Shown here in pieces: positions 63,304 to 64,000 of a DNA stretch of 64,000 bases (position 1 is the stretch's first letter; every line of letters begins with the position of its first letter). Under the pieces are notes generated by a model. That model saw nothing but the letters and a program-made list of their open reading frames with translations. It had not been told where the DNA came from and searched no databases. The DNA lies in contig JBDHLU010000001.1 in assembly GCA_039656555.1 (NCBI GenBank), forward strand, positions 406 through 64,405, written 5' to 3'. The position numbers and the translations under genes are program-made. Origin of the DNA: Gemmatimonadota bacterium (GTDB taxonomy: Bacteria > Gemmatimonadota > Gemmatimonadetes > Gemmatimonadales > GWC2-71-9).

Positions 63304-64000
63304 TACGATTTCGGAATGTCTTTCTTGGGGTCGATGAACGGCTTTTCGACAACGGTGATATCGACGTCACCATCTGGTACGGAGGCCGTTAGCGTAGTCC
63401 CAAGTTCTGCGTACTCGATGGGGACCATGGCGTACCCGATATTCTTTTTGAGACGCGGCGAATACACCGCCGAGGTGATGTAACCCACCTCGGTTCCATC
63501 TGTCGATACCTGCCACCTTGTCATGTTGAGGTCTAATGCGTCGCCTGCAATCTCGACGCCGACCAGTTTGCGCGACACTCCGCTCGCCTTGATCTTCGCG
63601 AGGGCGTCCTTGCCAATGAAGTCATCTTCTTGCTTGAGATTTACCAGCCAACCCAATCCGACCTCATAGGGATTCTCGTCGAGGGTGATGTCGATGCCAT
63701 AGTTGAGAATCCCTGCTTCGATTCGGCGGATGTCCGATGGGCCGGTTGGCGCGATGTTGTATGGCTTGCCCGCCTCCATTACGCGCTCCCACAGATCATC
63801 GCCTTTGGAACCGTCGCGGAGATACACCTCGTAGCCAATCTCACCGCTCCAACCCGTCCTCGTGATCACCACCGGGATGCCGTCGAGTTCGGTTTCCAGG
63901 AAGTAGTAGTACTTGAGATCGAGCACCGCTGGGCCAAACAGCGCCGACACGACCTCTCGAGATTTTGGTCCTTGTATCTGCATGGGCGACACGTCGGGCT
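63303..64000 (-). CDS. GcvT-family aminomethyltransferase-like protein, C-terminal part (5' end outside the window)
   Basis: ITRTGWSGEIGYEVY, NYGIDI, GVEIAG and GYITSAVYSPRLKKNIGYAMV are typical of the GcvT/DmdA-type folate-binding fold. The frame is open to the window edge. Confidence 0.8.
   Translation of the reverse strand, partial: PDVSPMQIQGPKSREVVSALFGPAVLDLKYYYFLETELDGIPVVITRTGWSGEIGYEVYLRDGSKGDDLWERVMEAGKPYNIAPTGPSDIRRIEAGILNYGIDITLDENPYEVGLGWLVNLKQEDDFIGKDALAKIKASGVSRKLVGVEIAGDALDLNMTRWQVSTDGTEVGYITSAVYSPRLKKNIGYAMVPIEYAELGTTLTASVPDGDVDITVVEKPFIDPKKDIPKS

Overview
High-GC (roughly 60%), very compact bacterial chromosomal window with about 52 protein-coding genes. By eye it contains no rRNA, tRNA, CRISPR array, transposase or integrase. 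The backbone is mostly housekeeping: the PBP1A 3' end, tdh-kbl, a TldD/PmbA pair, aroH, thiE, mltG-ruvX-rho, dut, galK, pdxH and a GcvT-like gene. A PadR regulator paired with an ADOP-type duplicated FtsX permease, plus a Tat-signal TldD, suggests a Gemmatimonadota/Acidobacteriota-type lineage; this is inference only.

Observations worth following up:
1. A ~15-17 kb co-directional, translationally coupled cluster (35578-52306). It holds one MoxR AAA+ ATPase, three vWA/MIDAS proteins, two DUF4159 paralogs, a legumain-fold protein whose catalytic Cys is replaced by Ser, a TPR-HExxH protein, a 1177-aa Gly/Gln-run coiled-coil protein and a B12/radical-SAM enzyme.
2. A non-coding array of ten exactly phased 21-bp degenerate repeats (7070-7279) in a 647-bp convergent intergenic region.
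3. A 183-aa PLMP-like + HNH mini-nuclease (IshB-like) preceded by a 318-bp structured leader capped by a terminator-like hairpin.
4. Two copies of an 8-bp-periodic, almost G-free C-tract element (G4-capable on the opposite strand) in two short intergenic regions 54 kb apart.
5. A free-standing 62-aa HisKA/DHp-like domain coupled to a small unknown ORF.
6. A three-frame mosaic that looks like a frameshifted gene coupled to a Vgb-like beta-propeller gene.

All family assignments come from motifs read in the translations and recalled family signatures. No database search was run.
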